DNA of 64,000 bases, from assembly GCA_035518715.1 (NCBI GenBank), contig DATIXJ010000017.1, positions 420-64,419 on the forward strand, given 5' to 3'. Every line of letters begins with the position of its first letter. Position 1 is the stretch's first letter. Both the position numbers and the translations under genes were made by a program. Positions 28,534 to 36,770 of this stretch are shown here, in pieces. Origin of the DNA: Bacteroidota bacterium. GTDB lineage: Bacteria > Bacteroidota > Ignavibacteria > UBA10030 > SZUA-254. The notes below the pieces were generated by a model. The model saw nothing but the letters and a program-made list of their open reading frames with translations, did no database searches and was not told where the DNA came from.

Positions 28534-31500
28534 ATGAGCATGAGCATCCCAACGTCATTTACCCTTGCTGATATTCGTGTTACGAGAGCGATCCTGATCG
28601 TCCTCCTTGCGTTCGTTCCGTTGAGGGCCTTCTCCGGCCCGCCGGAAACCCGCGTCGTATTTGGACACCCTCTCAATTCAGCTCCGCAGCAGATCCGGCC
28701 CCGCATTGGTGCTCAGGTCTTTCCGGAAACAACGCATGTTCTTGCGGTGATGACGGATTTCGTGCAGGACAAGGACGATCGCACAACCGGAACGGGAAGC
28801 TTCGATCTTTCCGCGGCAACGAACGTCATTGATCCCACTCCTCATAACAAGGCATATTTTGATCAGCATGCCGCGTTTCTTCAGAACTATTTCCGGAAGT
28901 CTTCCGATGGCCGGTGCATTGTCGAAGTGACGGTCCTCGACAGTGTCTACCACCTTTCCCATAAGATGCGCTATTACAGTCCTTCGCCGAAAAGTCCCGA
29001 CAACCGCGAAATCGGATTGATGATGCAGGAGACCTGGCATCTCGTCGATTCGCTCAACCCGGGTTTTCCGTTTCGTCAGTATGATGTTTTTCTGATATTT
29101 CATGCCGGAGCGGGGAGAGATATCGACTTCGTCAGCATCTATGGATATGATCCGACACCGTTCGACATTCCCTCGATTTATGTCGGTCCTGCTGCGCTGA
29201 AGAAGATGTTCGGAAGCGCGTATGATGGTATTTCCGTGGGAAATGGTCTGGACACCATACGTAATTCTCTCATCATTCCGGAAACCGAAAGCCGCCCGCT
29301 CAGCGGAGGGGCAGGGACTTCGCTGCTTCAGCTTGGGATCAACGGACTTCTCGCAGCGACCTTCGGGAGCTCTCTCGGACTTCCCGATCTTTTTGATACA
29401 AAATCCGGAGCCAGTGGCATCGGGCGTTTCGGATTGATGGACGGTCAGTCGATTTTCAGCTGGAGCGGGATTTTTCCTCCACAGCCATCGGCATGGGAAC
29501 GCTATTTTCTCGGGTGGTCGACTCCGATCACCGTGAGCGCATTCGATTCTGTCTATACGTTTCCCGCGAGCAGTCTCCCCGGAGCCGAGGATTCACTGTT
29601 TCGTGTTCCGATCAGTGCGAGAGAATACTTTCTTGTTGAAAACCGCTGCCGCGATGCGCATGGTGACGGCGCAATCATCACACTTGTCCGCGACGGATCG
29701 ACCATAACGAAGACGTATCCTCGGGATTTTGATCCCGGTTTCAATTTCTCGAGCCAGGACTCCCTCTACGGTGTAGTTACCGATGTCGATGAATTTGACT
29801 GGAGTCTGCCCGGCTTCAGTCCGACCGGATCAGAAATGGCAAACGGCGGACTCCTCATCTGGCACATCGACGAAAATGTCATCGATGCGTCGATTGAGAC
29901 GGATGCCGTCAATGCCAACCCCATTGATCGCGGCGTCAATCTGCTGGAAGCGGACGGATCTCAGGATATCGGCCAAACCTACGATCTGCTCTCTCCGGGT
30001 TTTGGAAGCGAGAACGGAACCTCGATTGATTTCTGGTATGGAGATAACTCCGCACCGGCAAGGCGGATATCGAATGTCTTCTCGCCGACTTCGCTGCCGA
30101 GCAGCCGGAGCAATAATCAGGCGAATACACACATTGTGATTTCCGGATTTTCCCTCCGCGGCCCGTACATGACTGCCCGGATTCAGCTGGGAGACAATGT
30201 CGTTAGTCCGATTCCCGGGTTTCCGAAATATACCGGCATGAAGTTCGGCAGAAATTCGGTGACTATAATAAACGACAAGCCAACACCGGATTCGACTTCA
30301 CTCGTCGTTGCCACCGATGTCGTCGGCGTACAGCTGCCCGCCACTCCCACGGGATTGCCGATAAGCAGTGTCGGTGAATCGAAGCTCTACGGCTGGCACA
30401 TTGCCGGCGGGACTCCGCTCCTCACGACCGGAAGCGCCGACGGCCTTCTTGTGACCTCCGGGAATGCCTCTCGCGCATTTGTCGGTAAGCCCGTGGAGGG
30501 TAATCTCGCACAGAACGGTACTGCAGACTTGGCAATTGGGATGGTGGATAATGCAGTCTTTCTGCCCCCGGCTACTCCGCTCCAGAGCGCGAACACCGGC
30601 TGGGGTCTGCAGGATCTGAACAGCGACGGGAAAGCAGATTCACTCTTTGCCACGAAAACGTTCCGCAGGATCACAACCTCTCCGGTTCTATCGGATTCTT
30701 TTGTGGTTTATGGTGCGGAGCATGGGACGGTCTATATCTTTCGGTACGATGGCACCTTATCAGACAGCGTGACCAGTTCGCAGGATACCTCCGGGGTTGT
30801 CGGGATTTGCCTCGAGCCGAACCCTGCGGGAACATTTGTTGCAGTAACCATAAACGGTTCGTTCATCCAGAGTCCGGGACGAGGGTGTGTTCGAACAACC
30901 ATCACCGCGGGTTCTCCATTCCGCTCGGCGCTGCAACAAGGGTTGTCGCCGGCGGTGCTTGGAAGAACTCCGCCGTATAACCTGCGAACCGTCATGGTCT
31001 CGCCGGCGGGGATGGTCTACGATTTCAATGAGTGTCTGGGAATTGAAATGGGGTTCCCGGTGTCGACGGATGGAACAATTTCCAACGCCCCCGCAATTGC
31101 AGATATCGACGGTGATGGAAGCCCTGATATCATAGTGGCGAGCGGCAAGAAGATCTATGCGATCAACAATGCCGGCGCGGTTCTCGACAATTTTCCGGTT
31201 ACGCTGCCGACGTATCAAAATATCCTGAGCTCTCCAATTGTTGCTGATGTCGAAGGGAACGGCAGTGTTGATATTGTGGCGGTGACTCAGGAAGGTCTGG
31301 TCGTTGCGTACAATCGTTTCGGGAAAATGATCAACGGATTTCCGCTGCAGGGAGGTATCAACGGCGGTTCGACTCCTGCGGCGTTTCTCTTCAGGTCAAC
31401 CCAATGTCAGGGCTGCGAGGCAGCGATCGGTATTGCCGTTGCGTCGGACGACGGAAATGTGTATGCCTGGCAGACAGGAACGGTTGCATCGCTTGCAACC

Positions 31501-31884
31501 CCTGTGAAGATGCCCTGGCCGCAATATCTCCACGATGCTCAGAACAGCAGTATAGGAGATCCGGTTTCGGGAGGATCACTTCCCGCATCCGATTTCTTCC
31601 CGGCCTCCCGTGCGTACAACTGGCCGAACCCTGTCGGGAAGGAGCAGGCATTCAAGACTCACATCCGGTATTACGTCGGGACAGATGCACAGGTCCATAT
31701 CAAGATTTATGATCTGGCCGGAGAGATGGTGACGCAATTCGACGGCCCCGGTACGGGCGGCAGGGATAACGAGGTCGAGTGGGACGTTTCCGGGATTCAG
31801 AGCGGTGTCTATTTTGCACATATCGACGCGCAGGGATCCGGAGGAACCGGCAACGCCATCATCAAGATTGCGGTGGTGAAGTGA
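28534..31884 (+). CDS. Secreted M6-like pseudo-metallopeptidase with FG-GAP repeats and a T9SS C-terminal sorting domain
   Basis: 1116 aa with a signal peptide. M6 (immune inhibitor A)-type scaffold: VLAVMTDFVQDKDD, AATFGSSLGLPDLFDT in place of AHEFGHxLGLPDEYDT (29353-29400), and LLIWHIDENV. FG-GAP-like repeats: ADIDGDGSPDIIVASG, ADVEGNGSVDIVAVT, LNSDGKADSLF. Type-A CTD at 31615-31881 (YNWPNPVGKE...IKIYDLAGEMV...SGVYFAHI...IKIAVVK). Confidence 0.7.
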   Translation: MSMSIPTSFTLADIRVTRAILIVLLAFVPLRAFSGPPETRVVFGHPLNSAPQQIRPRIGAQVFPETTHVLAVMTDFVQDKDDRTTGTGSFDLSAATNVIDPTPHNKAYFDQHAAFLQNYFRKSSDGRCIVEVTVLDSVYHLSHKMRYYSPSPKSPDNREIGLMMQETWHLVDSLNPGFPFRQYDVFLIFHAGAGRDIDFVSIYGYDPTPFDIPSIYVGPAALKKMFGSAYDGISVGNGLDTIRNSLIIPETESRPLSGGAGTSLLQLGINGLLAATFGSSLGLPDLFDTKSGASGIGRFGLMDGQSIFSWSGIFPPQPSAWERYFLGWSTPITVSAFDSVYTFPASSLPGAEDSLFRVPISAREYFLVENRCRDAHGDGAIITLVRDGSTITKTYPRDFDPGFNFSSQDSLYGVVTDVDEFDWSLPGFSPTGSEMANGGLLIWHIDENVIDASIETDAVNANPIDRGVNLLEADGSQDIGQTYDLLSPGFGSENGTSIDFWYGDNSAPARRISNVFSPTSLPSSRSNNQANTHIVISGFSLRGPYMTARIQLGDNVVSPIPGFPKYTGMKFGRNSVTIINDKPTPDSTSLVVATDVVGVQLPATPTGLPISSVGESKLYGWHIAGGTPLLTTGSADGLLVTSGNASRAFVGKPVEGNLAQNGTADLAIGMVDNAVFLPPATPLQSANTGWGLQDLNSDGKADSLFATKTFRRITTSPVLSDSFVVYGAEHGTVYIFRYDGTLSDSVTSSQDTSGVVGICLEPNPAGTFVAVTINGSFIQSPGRGCVRTTITAGSPFRSALQQGLSPAVLGRTPPYNLRTVMVSPAGMVYDFNECLGIEMGFPVSTDGTISNAPAIADIDGDGSPDIIVASGKKIYAINNAGAVLDNFPVTLPTYQNILSSPIVADVEGNGSVDIVAVTQEGLVVAYNRFGKMINGFPLQGGINGGSTPAAFLFRSTQCQGCEAAIGIAVASDDGNVYAWQTGTVASLATPVKMPWPQYLHDAQNSSIGDPVSGGSLPASDFFPASRAYNWPNPVGKEQAFKTHIRYYVGTDAQVHIKIYDLAGEMVTQFDGPGTGGRDNEVEWDVSGIQSGVYFAHIDAQGSGGTGNAIIKIAVVK

Positions 31885-31887
31885 GGT

Positions 31888-32547
31888 GTGGCATTGCGTT
31901 TCGTCATCGTCATGCTCTTCGGCTTTGTTGTCCTTTCGTGCCGCGATGTGCAACCTCTGCCGGTATCGACTCCGGTATCCGGTTATCAGCTGAACGGCAT
32001 ACTCACGACTTCCAACAGCATCCCCATTTCCGGCGCTCAGGTGATCCTCTATTATAACTATATTCCGGTCGATTACGGACCGGTTGATTCCATCCAGGTC
32101 GTTGTTCGCGATACCAGCGTGACCGTCGATGTGTCAGTCGTAACAACGGGATACGATTTTGTAGTGACATTATTCCACGGGCACCGGAGTGCCGGACCGC
32201 TTCCGCCGTATTTCTGGAACGGGACCGACGCGCGCGGAGCTCTGCGGCCGAGCGGTAAGTATCTCATCCGGTATTCTCTGGGAAGCACGATCGTGAAATA
32301 CTCCACCTTCATTCTGGAGGGGACTCCGACGGCAACGACCGATGTGAATGGTCTTTTTACCATCACCGATGATCATTTTCCTATCGGTGAAGTGTTTGAT
32401 GTATATAACGATGACGGCTCCTATTACGGAACGCTTGAGCTCATACCGAATGTTGCACTGCAGTTCCAATATGGAAGCCATGCATCGGTTTTCCCGTCCG
32501 TCGACCTCACTCCCGATTACATCACCTTCGGTGCATTTACACTCTGA
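31888..32547 (+). CDS. Hypothetical lipoprotein (CarboxypepD_reg-like / FlgD-Ig-like segments)
   Basis: 219 aa, GTG start 3 nt after the upstream stop. FGFVVLSCRD is a lipobox. YQLNGILTTSNSIPISGAQVILY resembles a carboxypeptidase-regulatory-like fold, and YFWNGTDARGALRPSGKYLIRY resembles an FlgD-Ig-like motif. Confidence 0.45.
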   Translation: MALRFVIVMLFGFVVLSCRDVQPLPVSTPVSGYQLNGILTTSNSIPISGAQVILYYNYIPVDYGPVDSIQVVVRDTSVTVDVSVVTTGYDFVVTLFHGHRSAGPLPPYFWNGTDARGALRPSGKYLIRYSLGSTIVKYSTFILEGTPTATTDVNGLFTITDDHFPIGEVFDVYNDDGSYYGTLELIPNVALQFQYGSHASVFPSVDLTPDYITFGAFTL

Positions 32548-32553
32548 TCGAAT

Positions 32554-35500
32554 ATGATGATGCGTCGCTTCTGGGTTCTCACAGTTCTTCTTCCGGTTCT
32601 CTCACTCGTTGCGTATGCTCAGGACGATTTCTTCCATCCGGAACTCGACTGGCGGACCATCGAGACCGAGCATTTTTCCGTCCACTATCATACCGGGGCG
32701 GAGCGAACTGCACGAGTCGTGGCGAAGGTCGCGGAAGATATTTACGAGCCGGTGACTTCACTCTACCATCATAAGCCCGATGGGAAGGTGAATTTTGTGA
32801 TCAAGGACGTTGACGACTACTCAAACGGCGGTGCGTACTTTTTTGATAACAAGATCGAGATCTGGGCGTCGGCGCTCGATTTTGATCTTCGCGGCACGCA
32901 CAACTGGCTCCGGAATGTCGTCACCCACGAGTTCACGCACATTGTCCAGATCCAGACTTCGTTGAAATTCGGGCGCAAAGTTCCGGCATTGTATTTTCAA
33001 TGGCTCCAGTATGAGTCGGAGCGCCGGACGGATGTCCTCTACGGTTTTCCCAACGGCATCGTCTCGTATCCGTTTTCGGGATATGTTGTCCCAAGCTGGT
33101 TTGCAGAAGGAGTGGCGCAGTATAATCGGAAAGAGCTCGGCTACGACACATGGGATTCACACCGTGATATGATTCTCCGGATGTATGCGCTCGACAGTAC
33201 GCTCCTTTCATGGAACGAGATGGCGGTCTTCGGCAAGACAAGCCTGGGGAACGAATCGTCGTACAATGCGGGCTTTTCGATCGTACGGTATATCGGTCAG
33301 CATTACGGAGATGACAAGCTCGAGGAAATCTCGAGGAACCTCTCGTCGCTCACAGCCGTCACGATCGACGGGGCGATTGAAAAAGCGATCGGCAAGAGCG
33401 GAAGCGATCTCTACGACGAGTGGAAGAATGCTCTCATGAAAGATTATGCAGAGCGGACGGCGGGAATGAGGAGCTCACTTGCCCAGGGCGAGATTGTCGG
33501 GGGCATCGGCTTTGGAAACTTCTATCCAACCTTCTCGCCAGACGGAAAAGCGTTCGCCTACGTCAGCAACAAGCACGCGGATTATTTCGGGCTGTCTTCT
33601 CTCTATCTGTACGATATGCCAACGAAGAAAGAGAAAATGTTGAAATCAGGGGTCCGTTCCACGCTTTCCTGGTCGCCCGACGGTACCAAGCTGTTCTACT
33701 CGAAACTCAGTCGTGATAACAGCCACTGGTCGAACCTCTTCGATGTATATGTCTATGATATATCCCGCGACGAAGAAAAACGTCTGACATTCGGTGCGCG
33801 TGCCAACTCACCGGCAATCTCTCCGGACGGAAAGACGGTGGTCTATGTGGCGGGAAGCGACGGTACGCTGAATCTCTTCGCCATGAATTCCGACGGATCC
33901 AACATCCGCCAGCTCACGAAGTATGCGAACGGCGAGCAGGTCTATAATCCGAAATGGTCTCCCGACGGATCGACGGTGATTTTCGATTATTCGTTTCTCG
34001 ACGGGCGGGATATTGCGACGGTGCCTGCCGCCGGCGGCGAAGTGACGATGCTTCTTGCCACTCCCGACGATGAACGAAATGCCGTCTACACTCCGGACGG
34101 CACACATATCATTTATGCTTCCGACAAAACCGGTGTCTTCAATATTTATCAATATGATCTTCATTCGAAAGAATCCGAGCAGTTGACGAATGTTCTCGGT
34201 GGTGCGTTCATGCCATCGGTCAATGCGAGCGGCTCACTCGCATTCGCAACCTATACGTCCAGCGGATACAAAATTGCCCTGATCGATTCGATGCGCTCAC
34301 TTTCCCATCCGGTACCCTATCTCCGAAATTCCGGAAATGAAAGCGCCGACACCGCCGCGCTTGCCTCGGCAAAGAGCGCAGCCCCGACCCAGCAGTTCGA
34401 CTGGGCGTCCCTCAGGTCGTATGACGACACGAAGCTGGTTCCGCTCAGGGATACAACATACAAAACTGTTGCAACCGACCTGACGTTTGTTCCGCTTCTC
34501 CGTGTCGACAACTACAATCCGCGCAACAAAGGTATCGATGAAGTCAAGTTAGGCCTGTTTGCGTTCTCGTATGACATGCTAGACCAGTACGGCTTTAACC
34601 TCGGAGCAGCGATCAATAAGGGCGGTGAGCGCGATCTGTTTCTCTCGTTCGATTATCGCGGCAAGATACCGGGACTCTTTCAGCTTGGACTCGAACCCGC
34701 TTTATCCTTCGAGGCATATAACATCACGCGCAATGCCGACAGCTTTGTGGCCCTTCCGACCGATACCATCGGAGTCGGGGTCTGGTACAATTTCCTCGAG
34801 TTCGATCTCGCGCTCAAGCAGAAAATTATCAATGAAGCAACCGATCTTGAGATTCGTTATGCGCACAGCCGGTATACTGCATCGATCGATGCATTCTCAC
34901 TTCCTGCAACCGGTCAGCTTGTGCCTGCATTCAGTGAGCTCTATCTCATCGGCAACGATCTCTCTCTGACGCTGAATATTGAAGCGCTGGTTCCATCGAG
35001 AACATCCGAGATCAACCCGGTCGGAAGAAAAATCCGGGTACGGTATGATTATGAGGCAAACAAATTCAACCCGACGGGCCAATATGCCGTCGACCCGGCA
35101 AGCGGGCTTCTTCTTCCCGAATACGAACAGATCAATATGCACCGTCTGGAATTGAGCTGGCGGGAATCGCAGGAACTGCCCGGATGGACACACACGCTCT
35201 CCGGTCAGCTCCGCGGCGGGACGATATTCGGTCCGCCGGTAGACGATTTTTTTGATTTCTACATCGGGGGGCTCGAGGGGATGAAGGGCTATCCGTTCTA
35301 TTCACTCGGCGGAAACGAATATGTGTACGGAAATCTGACGTACCGGTTTCCGGTCGACGAGCATCTTGATTTTCGTGTGCTGCAGTTGTACTTTGACAAG
35401 CTCTATGCGGCATTCTACGGCGACGTCGGCGATGCCTGGTCGGGCGGAGGACTGGAAGGGCGCAACTACAAACGGGATGCAGGCATGGAGTTACGGCTGG

Positions 35501-35661
35501 AGGCATTTTCCTATTATGCTTTCCCGACGAGAATATTTTTCAATGCGACGTACGGATTCGATCAGTTCACGCACTACGTTCAGAGTACCAATACGACCGT
35601 TACCTATGGCAAGGACTGGAACTTCCATTTCGGTGTTCTGTTCGGATTCGATCTCGATTAA
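32554..35661 (+). CDS. Outer-membrane fusion protein: MA-type HExxH peptidase-like domain + PD40 (TolB-like) beta-propeller repeats + Omp85-type beta-barrel
   Basis: 1035 aa with a signal peptide (VLLPVLSLVAYAQD). HEFTH lies at 32926-32940, with WFAEGVAQY about 55 residues downstream. At least five PD40-like repeats: FSPDGKAFAYVS, WSPDGTKLFYS, ISPDGKTVVYVAGSDGTLNLF, WSPDGSTVIF, YTPDGTHIIYASDKTGVFNIY. The C-terminal roughly 380 aa carry Omp85/Bac_surface_Ag-like motifs: IGGLEGMKGYPFYSLGGNEYVYGNLTYRFPV, FYGDVGDAWS, AGMELRLEAF...RIFFNATYG. Confidence 0.7.
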   Translation: MMMRRFWVLTVLLPVLSLVAYAQDDFFHPELDWRTIETEHFSVHYHTGAERTARVVAKVAEDIYEPVTSLYHHKPDGKVNFVIKDVDDYSNGGAYFFDNKIEIWASALDFDLRGTHNWLRNVVTHEFTHIVQIQTSLKFGRKVPALYFQWLQYESERRTDVLYGFPNGIVSYPFSGYVVPSWFAEGVAQYNRKELGYDTWDSHRDMILRMYALDSTLLSWNEMAVFGKTSLGNESSYNAGFSIVRYIGQHYGDDKLEEISRNLSSLTAVTIDGAIEKAIGKSGSDLYDEWKNALMKDYAERTAGMRSSLAQGEIVGGIGFGNFYPTFSPDGKAFAYVSNKHADYFGLSSLYLYDMPTKKEKMLKSGVRSTLSWSPDGTKLFYSKLSRDNSHWSNLFDVYVYDISRDEEKRLTFGARANSPAISPDGKTVVYVAGSDGTLNLFAMNSDGSNIRQLTKYANGEQVYNPKWSPDGSTVIFDYSFLDGRDIATVPAAGGEVTMLLATPDDERNAVYTPDGTHIIYASDKTGVFNIYQYDLHSKESEQLTNVLGGAFMPSVNASGSLAFATYTSSGYKIALIDSMRSLSHPVPYLRNSGNESADTAALASAKSAAPTQQFDWASLRSYDDTKLVPLRDTTYKTVATDLTFVPLLRVDNYNPRNKGIDEVKLGLFAFSYDMLDQYGFNLGAAINKGGERDLFLSFDYRGKIPGLFQLGLEPALSFEAYNITRNADSFVALPTDTIGVGVWYNFLEFDLALKQKIINEATDLEIRYAHSRYTASIDAFSLPATGQLVPAFSELYLIGNDLSLTLNIEALVPSRTSEINPVGRKIRVRYDYEANKFNPTGQYAVDPASGLLLPEYEQINMHRLELSWRESQELPGWTHTLSGQLRGGTIFGPPVDDFFDFYIGGLEGMKGYPFYSLGGNEYVYGNLTYRFPVDEHLDFRVLQLYFDKLYAAFYGDVGDAWSGGGLEGRNYKRDAGMELRLEAFSYYAFPTRIFFNATYGFDQFTHYVQSTNTTVTYGKDWNFHFGVLFGFDLD

Positions 35662-35674
35662 TGAAAGGTCTTGT

Positions 35675-36646
35675 ATGAAAATTCCCGCGTGCTGTCTCAT
35701 CGCATCGTTGTTCCTCATTTCCCGGGCATTCTGCGGCGACGACGGATCAGTCCATCTTACGGGGAACCGTCACATTGATTTTTTCGGAACTCCGGCACAG
35801 CAGCTCGCATTTTCGTCTCCGGGGTCCCTGGCACTCGATGTCCTCTCGGCGTCGAATGAGGAAGTGGGAACCCGCAGATCGCCCTGGCTTGCAGGTGCCA
35901 TGTCTCTCGCCGTCCCGGGGTCCGGCGAAATTTATTCACAGCAATATCTTCGCGGTGCCCTGTTCATTGCCGCGGAAGCGGCTTCGTGGTTCTTCCACAT
36001 TTCCTACGGCAAGAAGGGAGACAATCAGGAAGTTCTGTTCGAGAGTTACGCCAACGCACACTACAGTGTCGTTCGCTATACCAACTGGACACTGAATCAT
36101 CTCGCCATCCTGTCGTCGAACGGAAGTCTTCCCTATAGCGAGTCCCAGTATGCCCAGCTCATTTACGGTACGACGACCCTCCCGGACCCGAGTAAAGTAC
36201 CCCCGCCGTTCAGCGACGTCCACTGGGATGAACTCAATGCCATGGAATCCGATATCGGCAGTGTTCCGGGAAGCGGATACTCTCACCAGCTCCCATTCTA
36301 CAATACTCAGCAGTATTATGAACTGATCGGAAAGTATAACGAATTCAGCCGCGGCTGGGATGATGCGAACCCTTCAGATCCTCGTGATCAGATTGTCCCA
36401 CTGGTGAGCACGTCGAACGAAATGTTCATTTATCACGACATGCGCGCGCAGGCGAACAACTATTACGACGTCGCGACGACCTTTGCGAGTGTGATCGTGG
36501 CAAACCATATTCTGAGTGCGATCGACGCGTTCTGGGCGGCAACGCAATACAACAGCTCGCTTCATGCCGATATTCACATCAACATGCAGCCGAGTCCGCA
36601 GGGATATGTCCCCGTGACGGAGGCGGTCCTTCAATACGATTTTTAG
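35675..36646 (+). CDS. Hypothetical membrane protein (DUF5683-like helical hairpin), last gene of the porU operon
   Basis: I prefer the ATG at 35675 (MKIPACCLIASLFLISRAFCGDD, signal-like) over the track start at 35366, which lies inside the upstream gene. Hydrophobic pair SPWLAGAMSLAVPGSGEIYSQQYLRGALFIAAEAASWFF plus a C-terminal hydrophobic helix. Confidence 0.5.
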   Translation: MKIPACCLIASLFLISRAFCGDDGSVHLTGNRHIDFFGTPAQQLAFSSPGSLALDVLSASNEEVGTRRSPWLAGAMSLAVPGSGEIYSQQYLRGALFIAAEAASWFFHISYGKKGDNQEVLFESYANAHYSVVRYTNWTLNHLAILSSNGSLPYSESQYAQLIYGTTTLPDPSKVPPPFSDVHWDELNAMESDIGSVPGSGYSHQLPFYNTQQYYELIGKYNEFSRGWDDANPSDPRDQIVPLVSTSNEMFIYHDMRAQANNYYDVATTFASVIVANHILSAIDAFWAATQYNSSLHADIHINMQPSPQGYVPVTEAVLQYDF

Positions 36647-36770
36647 TGCCATCGCAACTGATTGTAGCGGGCAACGCGAAGCTAAAATTATTGTGGCATT
36701 GAGCACCCCGCCGGTTCCTGTCGGGATCGGGTTCCAGAGATGAGTTGAAAAAGGAGATATGTCCGGGAAG

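Noticed and set aside
35366-35674. N-terminal extensions of track ORFs: 35366 for the 323-aa gene, 61481 for argS, 58435 for panC, 20957 for the lipoprotein, 17891 for glyA, 18324 for rpiB, 37952 for the lpt permease
   Set aside because: Each extension overlaps the preceding well-supported gene and lacks conservation-like sequence. Internal starts give canonical N-termini, signal peptides or ATGA coupling.
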